Source: Vicugna vicugna (lineage: Eukaryota). From it: a stretch of 64,000 nucleotides of DNA. The stretch is from NCBI GenBank assembly GCA_013265495.1, contig MU062811.1, forward strand, positions 3,009,462 through 3,073,461. The letters run 5' to 3'. The first letter of the stretch is position 1, and each line of letters begins with the position of its first letter. The notes below the pieces were generated by a model, which searched no databases, was not told the DNA's origin, and saw only the letters and a program-made list of their open reading frames with translations. Of this stretch, positions 12,638-41,700 are shown piece by piece. The position numbers were made by a program, and so were the translations under genes.

Positions 12638-15600
12638 TTTGGCTTTCATTCTAAGTGGAGGGTGTGGGTTAAGTTGGGCTCCCTGGGGAGCAGACTGAGA
12701 GGGTGATTGGCCAGCAGGAGGGCTGTTAGGGAGTCCTCTCAAAGATCAACACCCAAGAAAGAGAAGGGATGGAGGCAAGACTGGGCAGAGTGGATCCAGC
12801 CAGGCAAGCAGCAATGGTGTCTGGTCAGGAGTGATGGTCATGGAAATAGAGACAAGTGGACAAATCTTGGCGATACTGGCAGGTGGAACCAGAGCACTTG
12901 AAGATGGGTTAGATGTGAGACGTGAAGGAAAGGGAAGAGTCGAGGACACTTCAGGTCGTGGACTAAACCAAGGGAACAGTGATGCCATATACTGAGACGA
13001 GGGATTCCTGAAGTGAGCTGGGTTAGAAAATAATACGCAGTTTGGGCGAAGTTTGAGATCCAGGAGTTGATGTCAAGTGAGTGGTGTGAAGCTCAGAGGC
13101 CTGATCTCTCTGTTTTAATTTTTATCTACATGTAGGAGATGTAGATTAGGGCTGATTTTCATCCAGTGATGCTGGACTCTTCTCTAGTCCTGCCTCCCAG
13201 GTCCTGCGGTGGTGCTCTGAGGGCAGTGGCTGGGTGGAAGGTGAGAGAGCCGGAAGAGAGTGGCCCTCAACTTCTTCCAGGGCTGGCGACCCTGAAAGTG
13301 TCCAGGATTAAGCCTCAATGGCGCCATCGTGTGGCTATAATAAGTCATAATAGCAGTAGACTCCAGACTCCAGTTCCCCACAGGATGGGCAAAGAAGTCA
13401 GACCTTGGCCAGTACCTTCAAAAACCAGCCCTACCACTCCCAATTTCAGACTAAATAAATCACTGAGGACTTTGGATAGCTCAGAGTGGGAAGGAGACAA
13501 GGAGCCTCAACAGAAAGAGATAGCTAGGCAATGGAGTTTAAGAAAGCTAAAATGGTGGTGTACCTGTTCCATAAAAGAAATCAATCAACATAATAATAAT
13601 GTTGTCAGTCATCATTCCATAAGCAGATCTGAGAAGCTGCATGATCTCATGTAACCTACACACATCAGTACAAGGAACCAGAGGCTCAGAGAGGTGAAAA
13701 GATGTGCCCCAGTTTACATCGTAGTAGATGGTGAGTTAGGATTAAAATCAGGTCATCCTACCAGTGGATCTCAGCTCTATCAGATCCAATACGCCATTTT
13801 AACAACAGATATTTCACAATGCTCTCTTCACCTCTGCAGCATCTGAATTGTGCCTGATGCCTTATTGTACACTCAGTCAATCTTTGTTAAACAAATAAAA
13901 TGAAATTCATGGATAATATCCTACCTACTGACATAATTTTTAAAGTCAAGGAAAAATAAAATGAAGATAATGTCTGCTAAAAGAAGTGTGCATTTCTACA
14001 AGTACGTAGTCAAGATCACACTGGAAGACGTAATGAAGAGATTATTGTGACCTGGGACCACCCCAAATACTGAGACATGATCTTCTGAAATGGTGAACAC
14101 CCTTTGTAAAGATCGGAACTCATACAAGGAAAATTCTTCCCTGGATTTTCACTTTAGTAGAATTCCTGGAAAATTCAGTGTATGCTAAAACTGTACACAT
14201 AATATTATGTGTTTATAGATATAACAGAGCTTGAGGCAGTTAATATAAACAGGTTTTTCTACTTACATAAATGACCAATGGGACTTTAGAAAGCTGTGCA
14301 GGACATGGAACAATTCTCAGTAATGTGGACCTGTCCTAAATAGTGAAGGACGTCTAGCATATCTAGCCCCTGTCTGCTAAGGACCAGAGAGCCCCTATCA
14401 ATGTGATAACCATGAATGCCCTTACAAACTTCCAGATCTGACTTCCCAGGGACAGTAGATCTTCCTTTGAGACGTCCACTGTATGTGAAAGACTAGCCGC
14501 CCAAGCTCTGCTTATTGGCCTTCTCTTTTAGAGCCTCTCAAAGATCTGACCCTCCATACCCTCACAACTCATTCCACCCTTTAGGACTCTCTCTGCAAGT
14601 GTTCAAGTGTTTGTTTGCTAGAGGGTTAGAACTGGTGTGATAAATGAGGTACATTTCTATCTTCTTCCAATTTCTACAAAAAAAGCTCAGAGAAGTGAAC
14701 TAACTTGCTCATGGTCACACAGCCAATTGACATGGTAGAACCAGAATTAAAATCAAGGTCAGTCAATCTGACTCTAAAGCCTGTGACTTTGTCCTCTTTT
14801 CTAATTCCTCCTCACTGTCTCCCACCTCTCAGTCCCAGAAAAAGACCTCTTTTATCCTGGGGAAATAAGTCTTAGGAAACTGAAGCATTTCATTTACTGG
14901 AAAGAAATTTTACAAGTTGTCCACCACTTCCAAAGATCAGGAAGTAAGTCAGAGGGATCTGGAAAAGACTCAGACCACACAGTAGTTACTGCCATTCTCA
15001 TAAATCAGGTGAAATTCCCTGAAAGAAAGTCTGCTGTTTGCCCCACCTTGTCCTAGAAAGGTCAGTTCATCTGGCCATGTCCTAGGGGCTGAGCCATCCC
15101 CTAGACATTTTCATTTCTGGGCAGCATTTGCTTCAGTGTAAATATAGACCTTCTCAAACCCTGTGACAGTAGAGGGTGAAATCAACCCCTTATCCCAGGA
15201 ACCTTGCTGCAAGCAACTGCCATTTCATTGAAAATTCAGGTCTTTAAAGAAGTGCTGCAAATTTTGCACACTATGCTGAATATCTGGGGACATGTTCCAA
15301 TGGAAAATAAATTTAAAATAAAATTCATCCCAGTATAGCGATTGACATGTAAGGTATACTTTTCAAACATAAGTGTTCATCAGATGCACTCACATATTCC
15401 AAGTTCTTTACCTTGATCTACTGAAGCAGAAGCTGAGATCATGCATTGTCAACTACTCCCCTGTCCCTCACCCCACACCCCCTGGCCACTGGGTGACTGA
15501 TCTTTTGTGTCTATTGAAAGTGCTGGGAAGAACAATGCTCTGTTTACCCTCTGGCTTTAAATGGCTTGTCTCCTGCATCCCGGGGGTCTGCAGAGGCCAG

Positions 15601-15874
15601 TTTGAGAAGCAGAATCTTTATCTGTATTAGAACAAGATTCAAACCCTGCTTACATCTTCACCACTTCTGCAACTTGGGCAAGTTACTGAATCTCTCGTTG
15701 CTTTAGTTTCCTCATCGGTACCATGTCTGTTTCACGGGGTTGTTGTGTGGTTTCCTGGGCTAATATGTGTACATGCCGAGAACGCTGAGTGCCTAGCATG
15801 GAGTTGGTGCTCTTTCAATGTCAGCCATTTTTTTTTAGACAGTTTCTTTAAAAAAATGTATCTCTATTCATTTT

Positions 15875-15900
15875 GGGGGGGGAGGGCGGCAATTAGGTTT

Positions 15901-15968
<68 letters not shown>

Positions 15969-16046
15969 AAATAAAGGTAGTGGGGATTGAACCCAGGACC
16001 TTGTGCATGCTAAGCAGGCACTCTACTACTGAGCTATACACTGCCC
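15875..16046 (-). mobile_element. tRNA-Ala-derived SINE with (TTTC)n expansion
   Basis: Head in reverse at ~15975-16046; the internal A-rich linker is replaced by a tetranucleotide repeat. Confidence 0.85.
15899..15966. repeat. (TTTC)17 microsatellite
   Basis: 17 perfect units counted directly. Confidence 0.95.
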
Positions 16047-16115
16047 ACCCTCATTAGCCATTATTTTTACTGTTGTTAATATTTTTGTGTACTGGGCACT
16101 CTTCTCAGGAACACC

Positions 16116-16479
16116 TGTGGCAGACAGACTCTAAGTTGGCCCCCATGATCCCCACTCCTGATATTCACATCTTTATGTAATCCCCTCCCCTTGAGTATGG
16201 GAGAGACCTGTGACTTGCTTCTAACCAGTAGAATACAGCAGAGGTGATCAACACATGTGATTAGGTGTGTGATTATATTAGACAAGATTTTAATATCATC
16301 CCTTTCCCTTATTGGCTTTGAGGAAGCGAGTGGCCACGTTGGAAAGGTCCATATGGCAGCAGCCAACAGCCACGTGAGCTTGGAGGCAGATCGTTCCTCA
16401 GTTCAGCCTCCAATGAGATCACAGCCCTAGCCATCCACTTTGTGGCAATGTTTCACACAGCAGGAGGTAACTGATATAC
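16116..16479 (+). mobile_element. MaLR LTR (MLT1D-like)
   Basis: tgtggcagac...tgtaatcccctccccttgagt...tgtgacttgcttctaacca...gtaactgatata, typical MLT1 wording recalled from memory. Confidence 0.7.
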
Positions 16480-16869
16480 CAGCCCTCGCTTTTCAAGCTC
16501 TTTGTTCCTGCAATTCTCTCCCCTCTCTTCTGAATCATCAATATCTCCCTTCTTTCTATTTGGCCATTCCATCAACTCACAAGCATGCTCTAGTGTCTCC
16601 CATCTTAAAAAAAAAAACACTCTAAATGCCCCAAGCTCCCCTAGTTTTCACCTCATCTCCTCTCCTACATGGTAAAACTTCTTGAAATCTTTGTCTCCAT
16701 TCATTGTCCGCATTTCTCAGATTATTTCCTCAATCCACCACTCTTAATGAGGTCCCCAGTGACCTACATGTTGCCCAACTCAAAGATCACTTCTCTCTCC
16801 TAATCTTGCTTGCCCTCTTGGTGGCACTGGACAGTCAGCCGCTTCCTCTTTCTTGAAATACACTCTTGC

Positions 16870-17013
16870 GGGGAGGGTATAGCTCAGGTGGTAGAGTGCA
16901 TGGTAGGCATGCAGGAGGTCCTGGGTTCAATCCTCAGTACCTCCTCTAAAATAAACAAACAAACAAACCTAATCCCCGCCCCCAGAAAAAAAACTCTAAA
17001 AAAATAATTTAAA
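16870..17013 (+). mobile_element. tRNA-Ala-derived SINE with 12-bp TSD
   Basis: Full head and tail; gaaatacactct at 16855-16866 and 17014-17025. Confidence 0.9.
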
Positions 17014-18431
17014 GAAATACACTCTCTTCTTCCACTTCCTTGACATCACCCTCTCTGAGTCTTCCTCCTTGCTCAATGTCCATGTCTTCCCAGTCTCCTC
17101 TGCTGCCTCCCTCCTTTTAGCTCAGCTTCTGAATGTTGGCATGCCCTGGCTTCACTATCCCCGTATGGAGTTGTACAATTTCTCTCTTGAAGGTTGTTGG
17201 GACAATTGCCTGAGATAAATGTGTGGTTTTAAAAAAAAATTCCTTTCCCTCCATTAATTATCAGGGTGCCCTCTTGCCTCACTCTGGTGAGAAGATGAGC
17301 CACCCTTTCCCCCAGACACTTGTCAGGTGGCTTCAGTGTCCGAGGAACAGACCTTTGGGGAAGATGACCATTTCCCACAAAGGTGAAATGCAACACCAGT
17401 GTGGATCTCCAAAAACCTGGATCTAAGAAAAGTCCTACTGCCTCTCCTGTGCCTTAGAAATTCCAATTTTTAACTCATTCAGCTTTAGACCTTGTAGGAG
17501 GAGGAAGTTCATGGGGCTAGGAGTTGAGGAGTACAGAGGCAATGGCACTGAGGCAGCCAGGGGCAGTGCGGGTGGGTCAGGGACGCCTTCCTGAGGAACT
17601 GTCCCCAAACTGAGAGCTGAAAGGTGTCTGGGAGTTAGGCCGAGGAAGAGCAGTGTGAAGGTTCCAAGATGTGCAAGAGCTTCAACTCCTGCAAACAGAG
17701 TGAGACTGGAGTGTCAGGTGCAGAGCACAGACAGAGGACCACGGCAAGACTGGAACTTCAGGGCCTTAGGAGCCAGATTAAGGACCTGGGACTGCCTCCT
17801 GTGAGAGACAAAGGGAGCCCTGAAGAGCTGAAACTGAGGAGGGCACAAGCTGGGGAGCTCCATCACTGCTGGGCTCCCTCAGGCCCTCCCCTCTCAGACC
17901 TCAGCTGGGAGCATGGCGTGGCTCTGGTCTGGCTTCAGCACTGATTTCTGAGTAGCTCAGAGTCACTTAGTCACTTCATGTCTATAGACCTCTGCTGCCA
18001 AAAGAAGTCATTTCAGACCAGATGATCTTTAGGACCATATCTCCCCACTCTCCATGCCCAGATTAACCCTCTACCCACTTATGGGGCTTCCCCCAATTCC
18101 CTTAAAATCTCTCTCCCCTGTTTCTTCTCCCCCGGCTGGTAACATCTTGGAGGAAAATTCCTTTTTCTCATCTGTCTCTCTGGAACCGAGCAGAATCCCA
18201 TGGGCCCCACCCCCAAGTACAGAGCCCCCTCCATGTCCCCTGCATGTTGTTTATAGAAAAGCTGAAGTCTCCCAGGCTTCCAGAGTGGAAAAGCTAACTG
18301 CATGAGGACCAGATCACAGCTGTGACATAAGCTGCTCCATCTCGGGCAGCACTGAATCTCTGGCCAGCACAATTCCAAGAACTGGCCTTAAGAAAATGGG
18401 ATTAGCACTATTGCTCATAATAATCTGTCTT

Positions 18432-19149
18432 TGTGGGCATCAAAATAATTGTACCTTGTTCTGCCTGTCTATGTAAACAGGCAACTACAACTGTCAGCAA
18501 GGAGATGCTACAGACCCATGTCAACATTTTCCACCCTAAGAATACAGTGCCCTATGTCAGCATGAAGTTACAGAAGACAGATCTTCACCCATAATCCCAT
18601 AGAAATGGAATGATGTTCTGACAAGTCGGGATTTATAAGCAGCTTTTGGCAGGAAAGAGCTCTTTGCAGGACGGAGCTCTCTGCAGGAGGCCTCTTTAGT
18701 CTTGTCACTAAACTTAAACCAGGCACGCCCCTGCTCTACCCGTATCTGGCCCCAACACATCTTTCAGATCTTTTTGATCACACAATACCTTGCCTAACTT
18801 GTTGGTTCTTTCCATAGATCAAAGAAGCAGAAATTAAGAATAAGTAATTAACAGATGACCAGTTCTCTTCCCTAGCGTCCCCTTCAGTCATCTCATGAAC
18901 AAACTGTGTGAACAAGATAACATGTAAAGAAAGATCACAAGTCAACAAGCCTGTACGCAGTGGCAGGTGGTGACCACTCTGACCCCCATCTCAACGATTA
19001 ACTGAGATTACTTCCCTTTTTCCCTTTAAAAACTTTCATGGCTGAGCAGAATCTGGGGAGATGGTTTTGTGGGGACACTGAGTACACCATCCACCCACCC
19101 AGATTGCTGGCATTCTGATTAAAAGCAACTTTCCTTTCTACCATTTTGC

Positions 19150-19184
<35 letters not shown>

Positions 19185-19228
19185 ACTGATTTTTGAGAGG
19201 CGAGCAGCTGGATCTGAGTTCGGTAACA
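18432..19228 (+). mobile_element. Solo ERV LTR (ERV1-like)
   Basis: TG...CA ends (ends ttcggtaaca); TATA-like tttaaaaa at 19025-19032; ATTAAA at 19118-19123; near-match 4-bp flanks (tctt/tctc). The 5' boundary may instead be 18472. Confidence 0.7.
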
Positions 19229-20054
19229 TCTCCACTAGACTGGGAGCTCACGATAAGCAATATTTTGCCTAGCGCATCTGTTCATGTTGCTTGCGAGGCC
19301 CTGGAACACTTGGTAAATGCTTGAAGGAACAAAAGAACAGTCCCAACCCTGTGCACTGTTTGCATGTTTGCACTTGATCCCCATAACAGCCTGAGGCACT
19401 GCCAATCCAGGGGGTATTAGCTGTCATTTTGCTGATGAGATGAGGGGGCTCAAAGAGGGGATGCAACTATATCTCAATTTAAAAAAAGTGGTAATCGATC
19501 TGTGAATCCAAGCTCTGAAGCTAAATCCCTGGGTTCAAGCCCAGCTCTTTCACTTAGCAGATGTTTCGCAAGCTACTTAACATATCTAAGCCTCTGTTTC
19601 CTCAATTATAAGATGCGGATGACATCTACTTCACGGGATACTTACTACGATTAAAAGGAGATGGCATATAATGTGTAACATATAATAAGCATGTAATAAA
19701 TGGTAGCTATTATTTTTATTCTCAGCTCAGCATCATTTCCCCTCCCCAACAGCAGCTCCAAGACCTAGGAAGATTACTTCAAAGCTGGAACCCCGGGCCA
19801 TCTGTACGCAGACCCTGCTGCTGTCAGGCTGCCTTAGGGCGGCGCTGGGACCCACCCGTTTGCGCCGCCTGGCCGCTCCACGTGCCTCACGTAAATAAGC
19901 GAGCGCGCAGGCGCCCCCGGCCGGCGCCCATTGGCCGGCGCCCCGCCAGGAGCTGGGGGAGGACCAGGGCCCCGGGCCGCCGGCTGCTCCGCCCCGTCGG
20001 TTGGTCCGCGCGTCTGTCCTTGCTTGAGTCCGGGCCCCCGTCTTCGCCCTCGCC

Positions 20055-24449
<4,395 letters not shown>

Positions 24450-24912
24450 GGTGCAGCAGCTCAGGACCTGGTGGTGACCAGAGCAGCCCCTTCTCCTGCC
24501 TGACCTGCGTGGCCAGGCCCCTCCACAGGAGGCACAGCTGGCTGAGGGACGGGCACCAGGTACCTGAGGGTGAGCAAAGGCCACTGGGCTCAGGGCACAG
24601 CCCCTCCCCCGACCCCCACCCACCTACCCTGAAGTTCCCCAACTGCACCTTTGTTGAATTGTGGTAGCTAGGAGGACCTTGGGGTGAAGGATGAAGTCTT
24701 GGCAGCCGAAGCTGGGGCAAGAACCCTGGGCTCGGGTAAGGAGCAAGTGGGAAGAAAATACTGTGGTCTTAAACCCAGCTCTGTCCTCAGCAGGCTCTGG
24801 CTTCCTGCCCTGGCTTTCCTCTGATGCTATAAATTTTCTGGTCCCCCTGGATCTGGGGGCAGTGTTGTCTTCCATATCTAGAGAAACTATTGTAACCCAC
24901 CTTTTCTAACAC

Positions 24913-24918
24913 AATAAA
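24913..24918 (+). terminator. CTSF polyadenylation signal AATAAA
   Basis: Canonical hexamer ~460 nt after the stop, followed by GT-rich sequence (ggtgtcc...gtgtggtgtg). Confidence 0.85.
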
Positions 24919-25088
24919 GAGGTGTCCTGGGCCCCAGTGTGGTGTGAATGCTTGGTCCTTGAGGGCAAGGCAGGGTGGTGGGGACCCCTGGAGAATCATG
25001 GTTGGGAAGCTGGTCCTGCCCAGAAGCCCAGGGGCCCAGCCTCTGCTTCAGGAACCAGAAGGAGATGGAGAAAGGCCCACGATGCATC

Positions 25089-25094
25089 TTTATT
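25089..25094 (-). terminator. ACTN3 polyadenylation signal AATAAA
   Basis: TTTATT on + strand, ~100 nt downstream of the ACTN3 stop. Confidence 0.85.
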
Positions 25095-25197
25095 CAGAAA
25101 CACTTGGCTGGTCTTTCTCCGGGGCCCCTGCTCTGAGGGATGGATGGGCTCAGCCAGAGGAGGTACCCTCTCTCCAGACTTGGCGTAGGGGTCGAAG

Positions 25198-37805
<12,608 letters not shown>

Positions 37806-38747
37806 CTTGCTCGGGCTCCTGGCTCCGCTCCGCTCGGAGAGCTGCAGAACATGGGGGCCGCGTTAAGTAGCGCCCAGCCCAGCCCCGGATCGGATTCGCG
37901 CTAAATATGGGGGAGGAGGGAGGGGCCGGATGGGGGCGAGGGCGCTCGGATCGGGACCAGGCAGGAGGTTGTCCTGGGGTTAGGAGACTGCAGAATTTTG
38001 GGGCACTAGGATGGATCCCGTGGCGGAGATCCGGGGTTCGCGTTCCGGCTCCGCCGCTTGGGCGCTGTGTGACTTTGGGAAAGCCACGGACCCTCTCTGA
38101 GTCTGTTTCCTCACATATACAACGGAGATGACGATAATAATGGTGGCTGCAGGCCGCTCTGGGATCTGCCTTTTCGGGCTCCTCCCGACCCTTTTCCTGC
38201 ACTGTGCTGGTGGGAAACAGGGAGCACCATCCCCATTTCACAGTCAGAAACATCGAGGCTCCCAGCTGTTTTGAATGTTTTCTGGAGAGATGAAGGGAGA
38301 CACTTCGAGCATGGGGACAGGCTCCAAGCCAGCTGGTTGGGCCGAGGCATGTCTATTAATATCGGGGCGACTGGGGGGTGAGGGAGAATGTGCTGAGCCG
38401 GGAAACCCCGATGCCGCCAAGGCTGCAACTCAATCCTCCTGGCGTGAGGGCCAGCGGGACTAGCGCGCCAGGCGTCCGAGGGAAGGGTGGGGCCTCCGCG
38501 AGTGGGCGGGGCCATAACGGTGCTGTCCTACCGGGCTCTACAGCCAACAAGATTTCAAGCATCGACTTGGCTCGTTCGGCCGTCCAATCACATCTCCCTA
38601 TCTGCGGGCTGCTGCCTGTGAACCTGAACGCTCGCCGCACCCTTTCACAGCTTCTATTGGTCGTGGCAGACGTCCGTTTGCCGCTATCCCCGCCCCAATA
38701 CGGAAGCTACGGGGTACTCGGGATCCGACCGCGGGTGGGTCCAGGCC
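37806..38747. promoter_or_regulatory. Head-to-head CpG-rich promoter region shared by ACTN3 and ZDHHC24
   Basis: 942 bp between divergent ATGs; two CpG-rich blocks; CCAAT/ATTGG at 38584, 38656 and 38695; GC boxes; AT-rich CTAAATATGG at 37901-37910 near ACTN3. Confidence 0.75.
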
Positions 38748-41700
38748 ATGGGACAGCCCTGGGCGGTGGGGAGCGCTGAGGGGGCGCCGGCGCGGCTGCC
38801 CCTTGTGCTCACCGCGCTGTGGGCCGCGGCCGTGGCCCTGGAGCTGGCCTACGTGCTGGTACTGGGTCCCGGGCCGCCCCCGCTGGGACCCTTGGCCCGG
38901 ACCTTGCAGCTTGCGCTGGCAGCCTTCCAGCTGCTCAACCTACTGGGCAACGTGGGGCTCTTCCTGCGCTCGGATCCCAGCATCCGGGGTGTGATGCTGG
39001 CCGGCCGTAGTCTGGGCCAGGGCTGGGCGTGAGTGGGGTGCGGGACCTGGCGGGGGGAGAAGCGGGAGCTTTGGGCAGGGGAAGGCCCCTAGGACCTAAA
39101 GATGTTAGAACCAGCTTACAATAAGATCCAATTGTTTGAGCCAGAGAACTCCTTTAGAACCAGAAGCCAGAAGGAGTATCATTCATTAACTTACAAATAT
39201 TTATTGAGTACCTACTATGTGCAAGGTGCTGTCCTAGGCACTGGAGGAGATACAATAAAACATTACTGATTTCAGGGGGGAGGGGCAGATGGTAAACTTT
39301 AGGCGTAATAAATTAGCAAATAATGTAGAATGTTAGAAGGTGTTGGCGGTAAGGAAACAAAAAGAGCTGGGTAAAGGGGATGCAAATTGCTGCCTGAAAT
39401 AGGGTGATCAAGGTAGGCCTCATCTAGAAGGTGGCATTTGAGCAAAGACTTGAAGGCAGTGAGAGAGTTAGCCACATTCATCTGGGAGAAGAATATTCCA
39501 GGCAGAGGGAACAGACAATGCAAAGGCCCTAAGACACTTTTGTGCCCGGCATGTTCCAGGAACAGCAAGACAGCCATTGTGGCTGGCGTGGAGTGAGCAG
39601 GGAAAAGAATCAGTCTGGCCACTGGGATGAGACTACACTAGATGGGGGCAAAGGTGGAATCAGGGAGACCAGTCGAGAGGCTGATGCAATAATCCAGGAG
39701 AGAGTTCATGGTGACTTGGACCAAGGTGGTGACTGGAGGAAATGAGACGTTTGCTCCTGACTGTTAGAGGCCAGAGAAAGGCCTCAGGACTAGGGCTCTC
39801 AGCGGAGGAGCCCTCAGACCTGCTGTGCTAGGACTGGAAGGGTCTTGAAGGTGGTGTTCTGCCTGCATTTACCTGTGAAGAACCTGAGGCTTAGTGAGCG
39901 CACTGGCTGTGCCTGCTTCCCCAGGGTGGACTCAGGGCTGACTGGGGCGTGATACAGGGGGTTCAGAGCTGCTAGGGGAACTGACCATGTGGTTCCTTCC
40001 CTGCAGTTACTGCTACCAGTGCCAGAGCCAGGTGCCACCACGCAGTGGGCACTGCTCTGCCTGCCGCATCTGCATCCTTCGCCGGGACCACCACTGCCGC
40101 CTGCTGGGCCGCTGCGTGGGCTTCCACAACTACCGGCCCTTCCTGTGTCTGCTGCTTCACGCCGCAGGTGTCCTGCTTCACATCTCTGTGCTGCTGGGCC
40201 CTGCCCTGTCTGCCCTGCTGCGAGCCCACTCACCTCTCCATACTGCCGCCCTCCTCCTGCTGCCCTGGCTGATGCTGCTCACAGGTGGGGAGCCACGGAG
40301 GCCTCCCAGGGAGGCAGAGGCCCATTCTGGTGGGAGGTGGGACTACCAGCTGGTTCTCCAGGCAGTGCCCTGGGGACCCAGTCCCAGTGTCAGTTGTAGG
40401 AGGTGAGGGCAGCCTGGCATTCAACTGAGGTGTACATTCTGCTAAAACACAGCGCCTTGACACAGGTACAGCGTTCTGGCTGAGAGAATCAGGGGAGGGT
40501 TCCAGGAGGTGTTGGCTGAGGAGGAAAGATAAGTGGGATTTCACTGAGAAGGGGTGGGAGGGTGAGGGAACATTCTGAGCTGAGGAAGCAGTGTGAACAA
40601 AGGCTTGGAGGTTGAGCTGGGTAGGGAGCAGTGAAGGCAACTCGATGGGAATTTTGAGAATTGAGCCTAGGATGACAGGTGAGGACTGGGTGGTGTGAGG
40701 AGATGGCCTTTCCTGGACTGTGCAGTGGGGAGCCGGTTAAAGTTACAGGCAGGGGAAGGTGCAGTCTTTGGAAGTTGGAAGGGGACGTTTTGGATGAGGA
40801 TGCTGACTGAGAGGCTGTGTCCTGGGTGACTCTCTCCTTTGACACCACCCCAGATAGAAACCCCACTGGATTTTCATACTTTGTTCTGTGCCCCCGAGAA
40901 TGCTTTGGGTTTTCTCTCTCCTGACTCCTTCCTCCTGACCTCTCCCCAGTCTTCCTTGTAACCTTGTCCTGCAGTTACTAAACTCTCCAACCTCTCTGAA
41001 TAGTGGCTGTCTCTTCATCCTATTCAAGCCCAGCTTTGTCCCCAGGACCCCCTCCCTGCAGCCCAGGGGAGGCCTTGGGAGCCCCAGTGGGATTGTCAGG
41101 GTCTTCCTCTGCCCACACTGGCTTCCTGAGCAGCCCTCCTCCATGACCCCTGCCTTCACTGAGACTCAAGCCTTCCGGCTGCACCTCCCTGCACCTGCCC
41201 TCCGTCCACGGCCTCCTGCTCCCTCCCCGCAGTCACTGAAGACGTGGGCTCCTGCACCCAGTCTCTCTCTCAGCCCTGGGCCTTGTGGAAATCACAGGTT
41301 TCTGGAAGTCTGGGTGAATGGCCCCAGTCACTCAGCTTCTTGATCTTCTCCTCCATTTTCCTTCCTTCTCCGACAACCACATCCACACCCTAGTCCTGTC
41401 AGTACCCAAAATATGTCACCTCCCAGATCACCCCACCAGCCACCCCTCTCTCTGCTCCCACCTCCCCTCCTATTCATCTCTCACTCTTTTATCCCATGAC
41501 ACCTGCTCTGGAGCTCTTGGCCTTCACCTTCCTGTCCATCAGCACCTTCCCTCTTCACAGTCCCTAGTCCAGCTTGGAGCCCTCATTCCTACCCTTCTCC
41601 TGCAACATCTCAAACCTCTTTGCTCCATCTTCCTTCCACTGTGCTTTCCTGGCTTCTCTGTGTCTGCCCTTGGCTGCTGAGAGCTGCCAGAGATGCCTGG

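Noticed and set aside
15010-15030. NF-kB-like (GGGAATTTCA) next to IRF-like GAAAGAAAGT
   Set aside because: Imperfect short motifs with no supporting context; expected by chance.
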